Program-made: the position numbers and the translations under genes
Notes under the pieces: generated by a model
The model's database searches: none
Told to the model about the DNA's origin: nothing
What the model saw: the letters and a program-made list of their open reading frames with translations, nothing else
Source: Hyphochytrium catenoides
Taxonomy: Eukaryota; Protista; Hyphochytriomycota
DNA length: 64,000 bases
Reading direction: 5' to 3'
Assembly: GCA_900088475.1 (NCBI GenBank)
Contig: FLMG01000265.1
Coordinates: 186,001-250,000, forward strand
In this document: piece by piece, positions 11,480 to 24,568 of the stretch
Layout of the letters: the number at the start of each line of letters is the position of its first letter
Position numbering within the stretch: the first letter of the stretch is position 1

Positions 11480-13121
11480 GTCACTCCGCCAAGAGTTCGC
11501 GAAAGGCCTTCCTGACGAGCAGAATTGTTATGAGGAACCACTTGACCCAGCCGATATCCATCTTACCCTGGTGTGCGCCTCCAAGAAGAGTATGATGGGT
11601 CAGCTTTCCATCTCAATGGATGGGGTTGGAAGTACAAGTAAAAGGTGCTTGCAAGGCCAACGGTGCCCTTTGCATCGGTGACGGGATTTCAACTCACCAA
11701 CAACGAATAAAAGCTAGATCAGATGTCATATAACTAGCATAAACAACGCGACTCCAATCGAACCGTCACTTGGCTTCAGAGTCTCCTTCCGGATCGTTAG
11801 ATGAGGCCGGCAATGATGAGCTCCTTCCAAGATCCACCGCTCTCATGAAGATTAGAAAGGAAGGGGACAAAAGCCCTTTGTAAAGTATGAGAAGCGACTA
11901 CAGATGATGATTCCCCTCCTCTTATTTACTCACTCCCTTGTCAGAGCTATCTTTTGATATGAAAAACTATACCTAAAGATAACTAAGTCTGGGCGTTACA
12001 TTGTGCGCTTCCACCTCTCTCCTCGTTAGTTTGTGCAGGTGATGGAGGAGGATGGTGCTGTCTACAGTGACTTGGAAGTAGACAGTACTTATCCCTCTCA
12101 CCCTCCTGATGATGTGAGAGAAGGCGTTGTTGGCAGTGACAGTCACTGACAGAGTCCAGTGTCTCGTCTTACGGGTAGTGAGGCCGCCGTGTTTGTGAGT
12201 TAAGTGAATGAGTTGGGAAGTGGATACGGGCAAGGTAAGGATTTTTGGGGGATCAAGGATCTGTAGTTGCCTCATCTCCTCGCCCTTTTTTTTCCTCTTC
12301 CTTCTTCATACGGGTAAGTAGTCTCTTTCACAGGTGTGGACTTTGTCTAATCACCTTACTAAATCAGCGCCGCCGTCACTGAGAGCTATGGTGGCAAGTG
12401 AGGGAACAAACGTCGCCGGGCTAACTATTGGCGATAGTAGTCTTCTGATGGTGAGGGGCGTTGGAGAATCAGGTGGTTTTAGCACTGAACCCTCCTATCG
12501 TGGCTTGGTGTCAATATATATATTTTATCCAAGTTAGTTGTTGTTACTTCCTCTATTGAAAGAGTCATTATCTTTGACCGCTCAGGGTTCCATCCAGTTC
12601 ATATAAGGAGGATATAATACGTAGTAGGTAGCAAGACAATAGTCTTAGGCAGCTGCTGCAGAGATACGACCATCATTACCAGAAGAGGGTTTGCGCCTTA
12701 GATTGCGATCTATGAGGCCTCTTTTACCTTGCAAGGATGCCATATTTGAAGAGCTCTTGACCCCGTTGGGCTTCGTTTGGATATTCACAGCATCTTTCAG
12801 GATGATACTGCTTTGTTGACGGGAGGCACAAGACGACTGCGACCTGAAGAAACGTCAGAAGAGCGATATATAGTGTTCCCTTCTAGATTCAAAGTTTCTG
12901 GGATTTCGCTCTGTTACCTAGAGCCACCCTCCTCGAACGGATGGCACCGGTCAATACTTTTGCAAAGAAAGGGGAAGCAGGGAAACAAGTGGCTCATCGC
13001 TCTAATCTGAAAAGGTTTATATTTGCTATGCCATTACTAAAAGTAGTAGGACACTTTCAAGAAGAAAGGTCCTAGAGTCCTTGAAAAAGTCTATCACCTG
13101 GATGTAACACTATCTGCACTA

Positions 13122-16100
13122 TCACTGGAAACGCTCAAGCATTGGCTGGTCATGAGGACCCACAGGGGTAATGTTGAGGCTGAAGACGGAAGCCGAGCCT
13201 GGTGCCATAACTCCTCCTATGAGGTTATTCGTACCTCTGGTGCTGAAGGATGCATTGTCTAGCCCCGGCTGGGCGTTATCTAAGCCTACGGCAGTTCCGG
13301 CCTTGTTATTTTTGCGCCTGAGCTCTTCTGCAGCAAATTGGTCCTTTTGCATCCTCCGCTTCAAGAAAAGTTTGGCATAAAACTTGTCTCCTAAATAGGT
13401 CATCAAGAACGCGGTAGAACCAATAAACCTCCAAAGGTTGAAGAGACCAATCGCCACATAAAGAATGGTCAAGAAGCGATCCGGAGAGACGTAAATCTGC
13501 ACTGTGAAGGTGTATGTCAAGTTAGACACGAGCCAGAAGGTAAGGAGCCGTGTGCGGAAGAGATTGAAGGTCTTTTCTAGCTGTTCCTTCTCTGCTGCCG
13601 CCGCTTTCTTAACCTCCTCTGCTGCCTTTCTGGCTGCAACCATATCTTGATAGCTTCCAGTGCCCTCCTCTTTCTTCCTCTTTCTGTCTCCTCCTCCTCC
13701 TCCCTCTCCTTCTGCTCCAGCGTCGTCGAGTCCCTTGGTGCCCCAAGATAAGTCATGAAGGTTGCAGAAGGAGTAGGACATGAGGACGTTGATGGTAGTT
13801 GGCAGGAGAATAAAATATTGTACGATCGACATGACGATGTGATGAAGCTCGCAGTGGAAGCCCGCGGAGATAAAGTAGACTCCCAAAATGAGCGTGGCGA
13901 ACGAGATAGTGAAAGCGTTGAAATCTGAACCCAAAAAGAAGATCAGCGTGGCCACCACCACCGTGATCGCCATCAATATGCCGTAGTAGACAGCGGATAT
14001 CAGATATAGGTACGGGGTATGCTTCGGTTTACTGCCAAGACCCCAAATAACTTGAATGAGGAATAGCAATCCATACGTATACTGGACGAGGTTGGATACG
14101 AGAAGTCGGGTCTCGAGAGGTACCCTGTCAGTTTGTACAAAGCCATATTTGTTGTCCACGAAGCCTCTGAGGAGGACAAAGTATATCGTCAAGTAAAAGT
14201 TCGCCACAAGAAACCAGTTGAGCACCACGGTGATGACGTTGAAGAAGTATTGGGTGAGCAGGACCAGCTTTCTGAATATTGAGTGACTGCTCTGCGTATA
14301 GATCCGACCCCAGTAGAAGATAGTATAGAGAATAGCAAAGAAGGAGCCGTTCAGCCAGCGGCGCCGCTGGCCAATAAGCGCAACCAGGTTTGTCGGAACG
14401 TCGGTTCGAGCTATGGCATTCTTCACATAGTGTAGAGTCCAACGACAATTAGCCTTGGCCACGATCTCAAAGCAAAGGATACGGTCCTCTGCCAGATACA
14501 TGTTACCCTGGAAGGGTCCCAGCTCTTTCATCGGGATTGTTAGGGCCTTGAAATATGCTCGAAGCGGCTCCCCTCGGATGGCTTCGTATCGATAGGCAGA
14601 GAAGGCTCCAGGCAGCACACTGATGAAGCCGAACACACTCTCCATCGATTTATCAAGGACGTTGGAGATCTTGTACTCATAGTGCTGCGCAGCGATGACC
14701 CAGTTGCAGAGATTAGGAATGGGTCTGTCCACAGCAATTTCGCCGCAGACACCACCGATGCGTCTGTTTCCCTCCATGGCTACGAGCAGTCTATAGAATG
14801 CGGACTTTGTGGGCAGTGTCCCAACGTCAAGAAGCACTGTGTATTTGGGCATCACTTGCTCTGCAAAAGCGTTAAAGTACCACTCGTGGGAGTTCAGCTT
14901 GCCAGCATTGTACTCTTTGAGGGCAAAGACCAACTGTATAGGCAGGAACTGCTTCCCCGTCTCTTCTTCCGGCATGAGCTGTAGAGTGTACTCGAAAAGG
15001 TGCATTCTCACGTCTGTTCCTACTGAAGTAATCGTCATGGCCTCCTCGTCAAAAGCTCCGGCACCTCTCAGAAATTGCAAGGTCGATGGGTTTGCCTTGG
15101 TCTTGCCGTCTGAGACCACACATACCAGGACATTCTGCCACGCTTTGTCGTTGTCATAGCCTGGAAGTGCCATTCTCTGCAGATATGTAAGGTTATTCGA
15201 AACCTTCCGCAGCGTCTGTCGAAGCTCCGTATCGTCCTCGTTGTACATGGTAATGACCACCATCAGCTTTGGACGTCTATTATTCTGTATGCAGTTCAGT
15301 ACGTAACCATCCTGTGTGAAGTTGCTGGGCTTTCTCGTGGTAACCGCCGTATAGAAGAGAGTCGTAAACTCTTGGGGGTCTGTGGGGGCAAGAGGAGCGA
15401 TAATTCCTCCTTGCGCCACGCGCTCCAGCACCGGTACTGCCACAGTGCGTCCTAAGCGCTGCGGAACCGGACCTGGTTGGCCACAGTCAAGCCAGTTGGC
15501 CAGGGCCTCAGTCCATCCAAGTACATCCATCGCCTTCTGATGGAGTCTGCAGAAAATTGAGAAAGTAAGTCATAGCAGGAGAGAGTTTGCTTGGTATTTA
15601 AGTCATCGTGGAGTGCTGTTAGATAGAGACATTGAGAGAACTAAGAGTCTGCTGACATGGGCGAGTCGCATATAAGGAAGGAGTTGGCGGAAGAAAGCAC
15701 TACTACGACAAAAAAGAAGGGGAGTACAAAAAGGGCTAGCATAAGAACGTAGCCTTCATCTCTGAGAGAATAAGCAGCTTACAGGTTTCTGATGTGTTGG
15801 TCCTCCTCCTTGGCACCCACCCGGGTAAGCATTTCTCCAGCGTCAAGGAAGCTCTTCATGGCTAGGGCATACTTTCCTTCATCCTCAGCCGTCGCACCTT
15901 GAATAATAAGCCGAAAGGCCTCCTCTGTAGAGTCTGGGAGCTCGACTGTCATGAGTGCTCTCCTTCCGGGTCCTTCGGAGCCGTCGTTGAGAAGGATACT
16001 GACAGTTTGAGGGCCACCCAGCGCCGCAGCTGCCCGGTGAGGACTGGCGCCTCCATTGATGTAATAGCTGATAATGACGGTGACGACGACAAGCGGAAGA

Positions 16101-16251
16101 ATTTTATAGAGCAAGGTAGGCACACGAGCTTGTTAGACAGAATAAGTCAGAACATTGGGGAGAAAGAAAAACTCACGCCTCTATGCAGACTCGCTAGTAA
16201 CTTTGGATGGTACGTACTTTGCTGTTGTGGGGCCTCCATCTGGCCGCGCAT
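13122..16251 (-). CDS. CHS: Chitin synthase A (GT2) with N-terminal MIT domain; start codon uncertain (15952-16251)
   Basis: Motifs [54 protein letters not shown] and [12 protein letters not shown]-like helices EEAFRLIIQGATAEDEGKY...FLDAGEML are joined to LHQKAMDVLGW by intron 15782-15547. Confidence 0.93.
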
Positions 16252-19200
16252 CCTGGTGGCTCCACATCGTCCTTATGGCGTTGCAGTCTGTATATAGGGA
16301 TATATATCTATGATGACGGAGGTGATCGTTTACCAGGTGTGACCTCTTGATGAGAGCTTAGTATTGGGAAAGGAGACACCGCGTATTATACAGAGAGCGG
16401 CTGCGGATTTGAGCCAGGAAATAGCCAACAAAAAGAATTATCTTCTCGTCCCGTACAGAGGAGAAGGGCAGGAAGCAGCAAACGGATTAAAGGGAGCGAA
16501 GCTGTCGGCTCTGCAGCTGCCAGCATTGACAATATGCAGAGCACCAGCGCATTAACATATTAGAGAAAGATAAGAAACTCGATATAAGAAAGAGGGAATT
16601 GAGGCTCAAGCGGCGCAAGTTGATGAGCTTTGCCACAGCAATAGAGCTGTGACGATGCGATGAAGACATGCACTGTAATCGCTCTCAAGAGTACCACAAG
16701 CGTCACCACTGAATGCTTCTATACAGGGGAAGGGAAGGGACTCTTGAAGCACTCTTCTGGTTATTGTTATCAGCTAGGATGGCATCAGCTAGGATGGCTA
16801 TCTTCTAAGAACCGTGACATCCTTTCAGGACGACAAAGGGCTGAGAAGATGAGCGCTTCTTATTTATTACAAGGGCAGGAGTCTAGGTTCATGACGAAGC
16901 AGCATACTGGAGAGCCTAACCCCACTACGACAGCTGTTAAGGAGGTAGGACGTCATTGGGACGAGTGAGCCTTTTTAAGGCTTTCTGCCTCCTTGAGCCT
17001 ATCCTATCAATAAAGGCATATCGCATCATCAGAACCCAGTATGTACCACCTCAAAATTCTGATGGCCCCTGAGAAGAAGGAAGAGCAATGGGAAAAGGAT
17101 CTGGAGGGACACAAGGGGGAGTGCTTGGTGGTAAGTAATGGGAAGAGAAGAGGCGCAATCATATCTCTGGGTGTAGTTGTCCATCACCAATGTACTCTCA
17201 GAAGACTGAAGCCCTAGCTATAACTCTGTCTGAAAGGTTGTCGTCAGTCCAATCTCTTCTCATTCACCATCTGACTCTCATCTCTTCTCTTACTACGGCT
17301 CCTCAGCCCTCTTGCATCAGAAATGAGGATGAGCCCAGAAGTAGAATAGAGTACAGTAGTACAAGGGCAAAGTGCCATGAAGTTAGCTCTCATCATGTAA
17401 GCATGTAGAAGGACTTGACTGGTTCATGAGCCTAAATTTCTTCCTCTTCACTAGGAAAGAACTAGATATTTCTTTTCAACAGTTGTACTATCGTACATCT
17501 TGCTCATACACCGCCTCCTTGTTCTCCTCCTCAAAGGTAATATCACATGTCTCCTCACCTACTTCTGCTCATCTCCAAAAGTTCGCCTCACTTGGCCCCG
17601 GTCTATTTTTAGCTCTCCACCCCTGTGTTGTCCGTCTCTTTTCCACCCCGTGGTCATCACTTCTATTACTTAGGGAGGAGTCAGATCACTCCTCTTTACT
17701 TGATGGCAGCCTGCTGGCTGTCTGGCTCCGTCCTGACCTGGATGATGATAGACAGCCAAAGCACTTCCTATAGACCTATAGTCAGTCACTGATCATAGCG
17801 GTTGTGGAGTAGTTCATAGTAATAATTTGGCTGCTGTGACTGAGGAGGCGTAACGCCTCCTCCCCCCACCTTCTGTAAGCGTTACTGTGTGTGGAATGGA
17901 GATGATAACTGATCTGAAGATACATTGAAAGAGGGGACAAGGAGCCAGACCTCTAATTGATTGATGAAGGGAATCGCTGCTGCTGCTCATGGCATCTGCT
18001 TGCTGATGAGCTGCGGTCGGACTCTTCTCTTCTTCTTTTTTGCCATCTCCTTCCTTGCAAGCTCTTCTTTCTTCAGCCGTCGTACAGCTGCTCGTACAGC
18101 TGCTTGACATGCTTGCGGGTGCTACCTGGAAGGCTGGAAGCACCAACATTCTTGTTCACAGGACCTTTAAATTAATGCTTTGGCTGCTACCCCTAGCTGC
18201 GACGACGACGAGGAGTCATTTACACCCGTGCTATTAATCACCCCGCACCAGAATAGCGGCCATTACCTAGTGAATCTACCCCCAATAGAACATTATGTCT
18301 TCTATACCTCGGAGTACTACGACGATTGGCTGAGACCTAGTGGCGCGTTGGGAGAGACATAGGTGGCTATGTTGGGGCAGTCAGGGCGTTGTGGTGAATG
18401 CATTATTGTCTCTAGAAAGATACTGCACCGTTTGAGGGCTAGCACCAGTGAGGCTGTGCTAGTCGCCAAGGAAGAACTTAGAAGCTGAATGATTATAAAG
18501 CATGTATCGATTCAGACACCTCCTCCACAGAAGTCCAGTCCTCGCATGGTAAGATCGCTGCGCGTGCTTCACAGGAGCTAATGTCACATCGGAAAGTGAA
18601 GGTATTGAACAAACACGTTTTAAAAAGTCGCCTCCGTGCGGTTAAGCTTGTTGACGAAAGCACAGAGCAGGAGTTGCCGTGCGCTGAGCCTTGATTGTTA
18701 ATGTCCAAAGCAGACAGACACTACCATAGCAAAAGACCGCAGATGGAGCAGAAGAAGAAGGATTCTGCAGATGATAGATTCGAGGTGACACTAACGCAGG
18801 CCGCCGAGAAGGGAGATGGTGGTAAAGGAAAGGAGGAAATGTGGTGTGCTTGCGGCAAGTCGTGACTCATGGAGCTAGGACCATAAGAAGGAAGTCCAAA
18901 CTACCCTGTTCGTTTAGGCATGATGTTGTCCAATGTGTTATCTAGCAATCTAAGCGAACTGGCACAGATCTATGCTAAAATAGAAGCAACTAAGGAACTT
19001 TATCGTCTGCTAAGAACTTGTTTTGAAGCTAGTAGTACCCTAATGTTAGCCTACATGGGAGGGGGCATGTTCAGGGTTGTTGACCATCGCTTATGAAAAG
19101 CGATATCGTGCATCATTGTTTAATGACATGAGTCCAAATGATCTTACGATTCGCATGGTCATGCTAGTTTTAGGTCCGGGAGGAGTGTAGTTAACGCTAA

Positions 19201-19348
19201 GGCAACAAATTTTAAAGAGCATTGGTCTTTTGTTATTCTTAGAAAAGGCTTAGGAGGATAAACTTCATGTTGATCAGAGAGGCCACCAGAGGACATGGCA
19301 CAATAGGGGACTGAGCTGGATATCCGAAAGGGTCAAACTGGCTGCAGC

Positions 19349-22323
19349 TTAAACATACGTGTGACCCCGTGGTGGAGGGGCACGGTTTGATGGGCGACCA
19401 CCATTTTGGGCGGCAGCACCTTGGGGCGGACCCGGAGGTCGCATAGGAACCTGTACCCCTGGGTGTCCTCCAGGAGTGTTCATCGCGCTGTAGCCCATAG
19501 GTGGCGCACCTTGTGCGGCTTGTGCCCTCGCGGCCTGAGCCGCAGCCTCCTGCCGAGACCTCTCCTCATTACGTAACCGTCCCTTGAGGCACATAAAGCG
19601 GAAGATTGTATCAGCCGCGTACGTAACAAGATACATACATGATCCTATAAACCGCCAGATATTGAAAAGACCCACGATGACGTAGAGAACAGTAAGGTAT
19701 GATGTGGGGTCGTCGTTTAGCGCGATCTGCACCACTGCTGTGAAGAGAAAGTTTGATATCAGCCAAGCGAAGAGCAGGAAAGTACGGAACCCGCTGAACT
19801 GCTTCTCCACCTCCTCCTTCTCTTTAGCTGCTTGCCTCGCCCGCTCTTCAGCCGCCTTTTGTGCCGCCAGAACGTCTTCGTAGTTACCCTTTTTCTCATC
19901 CTTTGGAGGTCCATGGCCGCCAGAGCTCTCCAGCCCCTTGGTGCCCCACGAAAGATCATGAAGGTTGCAGAAGGAGTAGACCATAAGCACGTTGATGGTG
20001 GTTGGGAGGAGTGCAAAGTACTGAAAGAACGCCATACAGATGTGATGGAGCTCACAATGCGCNNNNNNNNNNNNNNNNNNNNNNNNNNNNNNNNNNNNNN
20101 NNNNNNNNTTCTTTGTGTCCGGTAGGTATTTACCCCAATTGTCGTTGAGGAGACCCGATATGACGTTGAAATAGATTGCCAGGTAGAAATTGGAGACCAA
20201 GAACCAACTGAGAACGACCGTGATAACGTTGAATCCGTACTGCACCATGAAGCTTGTCTTTCGCAAGACACTGTGGTTGCTTTCAGAAAGAATGCGACCC
20301 CAGTAGCGGATAGTGTAAAGGATAGCGAAGAACGATCCGTTCAGCCACCGACGACGCTGACCAATAAGTGCAACCAAGTCCTTAGGTACATCCGTGCGAG
20401 CAATTGCGTTCTTTACATAGTGCAGTGTCCAATTGCATCCTCTCCTTGCGACGATCTCAAAGCACAATATGCGATCTTCTGCAAGATACATATTGCCTTG
20501 GAAAGGCCCCAACTCTTTCATAGAGGTTGTAAGAGACTTGAAGTAAGCCTGAAGCGGTGGGCCCCTAATTGCCTCATATCTGTAAGCAGAGAAGGCACCA
20601 GGCAGTACGCTGATAAACCCAAACACACTCTCCATGGATTTATCCAAGATGTTGGAGACCTTGTATTCATAATGCTGCGCCGCAATGACCCAGTTGCACA
20701 GATTGGGAATGGGTCTGTCAACAGCAATCTCACCACAGACGCCACCAATTCGAGGGTTCGACTCCATCGCGCCGAGAAGGAGGTAAAAGGAGGTCTTCGT
20801 AGGCATTGTACCCACATCTAGAAGAACGGTGTACTTCGGCATGACTTGCTCTGCAAAGGCGTTGAAGTACCACTCGTGAGAGTTGAGCTTGCCGCCATTG
20901 TGCTCCTTGAGGGCGAAAACAAGCTGAAGAGGAGGATAAACCTCCCCTCTCTCTTCCACTACAACCTCTTCTCCATCTCTCTTCACCTTATGTGCCATCA
21001 TGCGTAGAGAGTACTCGAAGAGATGCATCTGCACATCCGTAGCAACAGAGTTGATGGTCATTGCCTTCTCGTCAAAACAACCAGCATCGGAAAGCCACTT
21101 CATTGTGCCAGGATTGGCCTTGGTACGCCCATCTGACACCACACAGACAAGAACATTCTGCCAGGCTTCATCNNNNNNNNNNNNNNNNNNNNNNNNNNNN
21201 NNNNNNNNNNNNNNNNNNNNNNNNNTCGTTCTCGTCCTCGTTGTACATGGTGATGACAACCATCAGTTTGGGCCTCCTTCCCCTTCTCATACATTGAAGA
21301 AGGTATCCATCCTCTGAGAACTTATCCACCTTCTTGGTGGAGCAAGCTGTGTAGTACATCACGCGGAACTCCTCAGAGTCTGAGCCTAGAGCTGGGGCCG
21401 CAGCCTTGCCCCTAATTCTGCCTATAAGATCGGTCGTCACTGTTCGCCCAAGTCTTCGAGGAGGAGGTCCCTGCTTTCCATTATCCATCCAATTTGCAAT
21501 CGCCTCACACCAGCCCATGACATCGAGCGCTTTCTGATGAATTCTGCCAACGAAATGGTTAGCAGAGCTTGGTGGAGCAAACTTAAGAGATCGAGAGCAG
21601 AGGGACAGTAGAGCCTATGTCTGATCAGATCACATGTTACAAACAGTAACATAGCACGCACGAATCAACAAAAACATGGACTAGTAAGAAAACGACAGCA
21701 GAGCACGTGACATGAAGAGTAATCACTCACAGGTTCCGCACATGAGGGTCACCCTCATCATCACCGACTCTGGTAAGCATTTCTGCTCCATCCAAGAAAG
21801 CCTTCATGGCCACGGGATATCTTCCTTCTTTCTCCGCATCCACACCCTGATTCAAGAGCCTAAAGGCTTCATCCAAAGAGTCGGGCACTTTGTTCATGTT
21901 GGTTAAGGACTTGGTTCTGTTTTTCATAAAGGTAGTGCGGGGTGATGGCGTCGCGTTGGGATCCATGTAAACTGAGGCACCACGGTTCTCTCCAAGGAGA
22001 TGCCTCCGGCTGGGCTCATCAACCCACACAGCTGGATCGACACCTGGGGTACCTCCAACTTGAGTTTGCCTTGCTACATCCGGGTTGACAACTGGTTGCG
22101 GACCGCCCCCCATCTGCCTGGGATTACCGCCATAACCGTGATATGCAGAGGGGTCCTGATGAAAGGTGTTGGGAACGTTACCTCTTGACGGATAGCCTGG
22201 GGTAGGATTGGGTTGGTAGCTGCCTGCTGCTTGATAGTTACTAGGCTGATAGCTCTCAATGCTATCAGCGCTCTCCCCCGTTCCGTAGAACTGGCGGGGA
22301 TTGCGTGGGGCACGTCCAGCCAT
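19349..22323 (-). CDS. CHS: Chitin synthase B with MIT domain and Pro/Gly/Gln/Tyr-rich termini (two assembly gaps inside)
   Basis: Exon 1 (22323-21731) ends in [22 protein letters not shown]...HVRNL. Intron 21730-21544 is followed by [11 protein letters not shown] and all GT2 CHS motifs, including EDR and QRRRW. N gaps lie at 21173-21225 and 20063-20108. Confidence 0.92.
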
Positions 22324-24501
22324 TTGACCTTGTCCCCTCAGCAGTTACACGCAGAAAGTGGCTGGGCAGCTTTGCTCCCTGTCACTTCGGGGACAACAGG
22401 AACTAGAGCCTAGTCCGGCCCGGACCTCAACGGGCTTGATGATCAAATGAAGAGTTCTGATCTGATGATGCGTGCGATTGCTCTTGGAAGAAGTGAGAAT
22501 GAGAAATTGACTTTCTGATGGTAGTGCCCACAGCTAAAGCACTGCTCTGCACGAAACTCCGGCAGGTTGGTAGCTTGTATGGCGAATTGGGGATGCGCAG
22601 AGGGCGACAGGAAGGGGAGGAAAATGGAAGCGTGAGAGACGTGAAAGAGTCCAATGGAAAGCTTGCGTGGAGCCGCGAGGGCTCAGGCAATTTTCAATAC
22701 GGAAGTGCAGAGGGAAAGTAGAAGGGGAGGATCTTTCCAGCGTATGAGAAGAGGCAGACTGACACAGGGACAGAGGAGGAAGAACAGAGGGCTCTTTTAC
22801 ACACTATGTGCTCGGCGGGTGGGAGGGGCAGATGAAAGCCATCTAGCCAGGTAGTAACTAGGCCCACCCATCCTGCCTGTGTGCACAAGGGGATTCCTGT
22901 CCTCTGTCCTCTCCGCAGTGTCTCTTCTTTATAGATCTCTGTGTACTCTGTCTCGTTGCCGTTGGTTCTGTCAGACCACTTTACCTAGGGAATTTGCCAA
23001 TGATAGGATGTCTCTCGCTGGCTCGCTTTGTGATTCGAGTTTGATTGTGCTAGTGATGGAAACTGTCTTGTATGAGGGTAGAGGTATCCCTTCAAAATAA
23101 GACGTCTTGGATACCTAATAAGTGGATTGTTCTGAGTTCTAATTACCGATACACAGCGCTAGCACACCATCACCCCTATCGCTATATTCGTCTGTCTCAG
23201 ATTATTGGACTGGCTCTTCCTGTTGTTCAAAAGACAGACTCAGACCATAAGCTTCGACATGGAAAAATAAGAGTCAGGACAAAGATGGGTTACTCTAAGT
23301 CAAGAAGTGGTAGGGAGACAGACAGAAGGAAGAGAGATAGAAGTGTTAGTAGTCCAGTCATACACCACAATGATCCATGACCAAAGTGAGGGAAAGGGAT
23401 TCAATGGCCACTTTGACCCCTGTCCTTCCTCCTCCTAGTCCATACATAGAACTACATAATCCCCAGTCCCTACATAAAGACATAGGTTTCCCATCCTATG
23501 GGCCTAGATATAACGTTAGCGGCTCCTGAAAGCAGGGCAGGGATCAAGTGGATCAATTCTCAACGTCTGACTGGCTAAAAGGAAATTTGGATCTCTGTTT
23601 TATAGGCAAAAGGACCGTAGATCGACAGGATCGGCGGTGCCTCAAAGCGGATGTGCAGCATGAAAAGGCTCAAGTTCTAGGTACAGCAATGTTGGAATCA
23701 GCAGTAGACTCGAGGATCATTAGAGCCTTGGATCATCTTCATAAAGTAAGATAGCTTCCTTCATAGGTGTGCAGAGAAGATAGAGCAGTTACAGATTGTG
23801 GGGCGGAAGAAGGAAGCCACGAACGGCTTTTCTATTACTCAGTCCTTTTCCTCATAAGAGTCCCTAGGTAAGAGAGGTATACGTATCGGTCGTACAAGGA
23901 TAGAGTCGCAGGTGAAGGCTGGCGGAGAAGACAGAGAATGACAATCAAACCATGAGGTAGCACCATAAAGCATATAAGGGACGACAGGGTCTGGAGGCAA
24001 CATAGCCGTCTGATTCATCCCATCATTAGCGACCAATTACCACTACTCCGCATGTCATTTGTTTGAGATGATCCTTACCTGCCTTCGACCGTGTCTGACG
24101 TTTCATAATAGGAGCCAAACATTTGTGATCTTCAACATTTGAGTTAAGACGAAGGGCGAGTGAGAGGCATGCTGTCTCAGGCAGCGATCCTGCCAGTTGT
24201 CTCGACAAGCGGTGCAGACAAGCGGTGCTGATTTAGTCAAAGATTTAGGTGCACCAGAGGGACTGCCTTTGATACCTAATCGCTATTCTAGTAGTCATTG
24301 TGCGCACAGCTATTCCTTTTCAAACACGTTGGTGAGGGAGGTCAGCTGCGCAATCTGATAACTCTCCGGCGATAGCCTCACCTCCCGCAGTTCCTTAAGG
24401 CTTCACGTGGCATCATTCTTAGAGGACATTGCAATCCCTAAGGCATTAGAAAGTATCGCTATCTGTCTCCAATTTGGCTGTGCCTTCGCTTCCTCCCCTG
24501 G

Positions 24502-24568
24502 CACCTTCTACACTGACCATCTGCTCTTCAAGCTCCATCTCCCACCTTCTACACTGACCATCTGCTCT
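24502..24568. repeat. Short direct repeat CACCTTCTACACTGACCATCTGCTCT x2
   Basis: Two identical 26-nt copies about 40 nt apart. Confidence 0.8.

Noticed and set aside
16300-19300. Transposon relic between CHS-A and CHS-B
   Set aside because: No RT, integrase or transposase motifs, LTRs or TIRs recognised; only a 15-bp tandem repeat near 16770-16800.
20063-21225. CHS-B as a frameshifted or TM-deleted pseudogene
   Set aside because: Both disruptions coincide with N gaps. The second gap (46 N) stands where CHS-C has roughly 90 residues, so the gap sizes are unreliable. All visible motifs are intact.
22485-22510. Oomycete Inr/FPR-like core promoter (CTCATTCTCACTT) upstream of CHS-B
   Set aside because: The match is short and degenerate within pyrimidine-rich sequence; it cannot be supported without TSS data.
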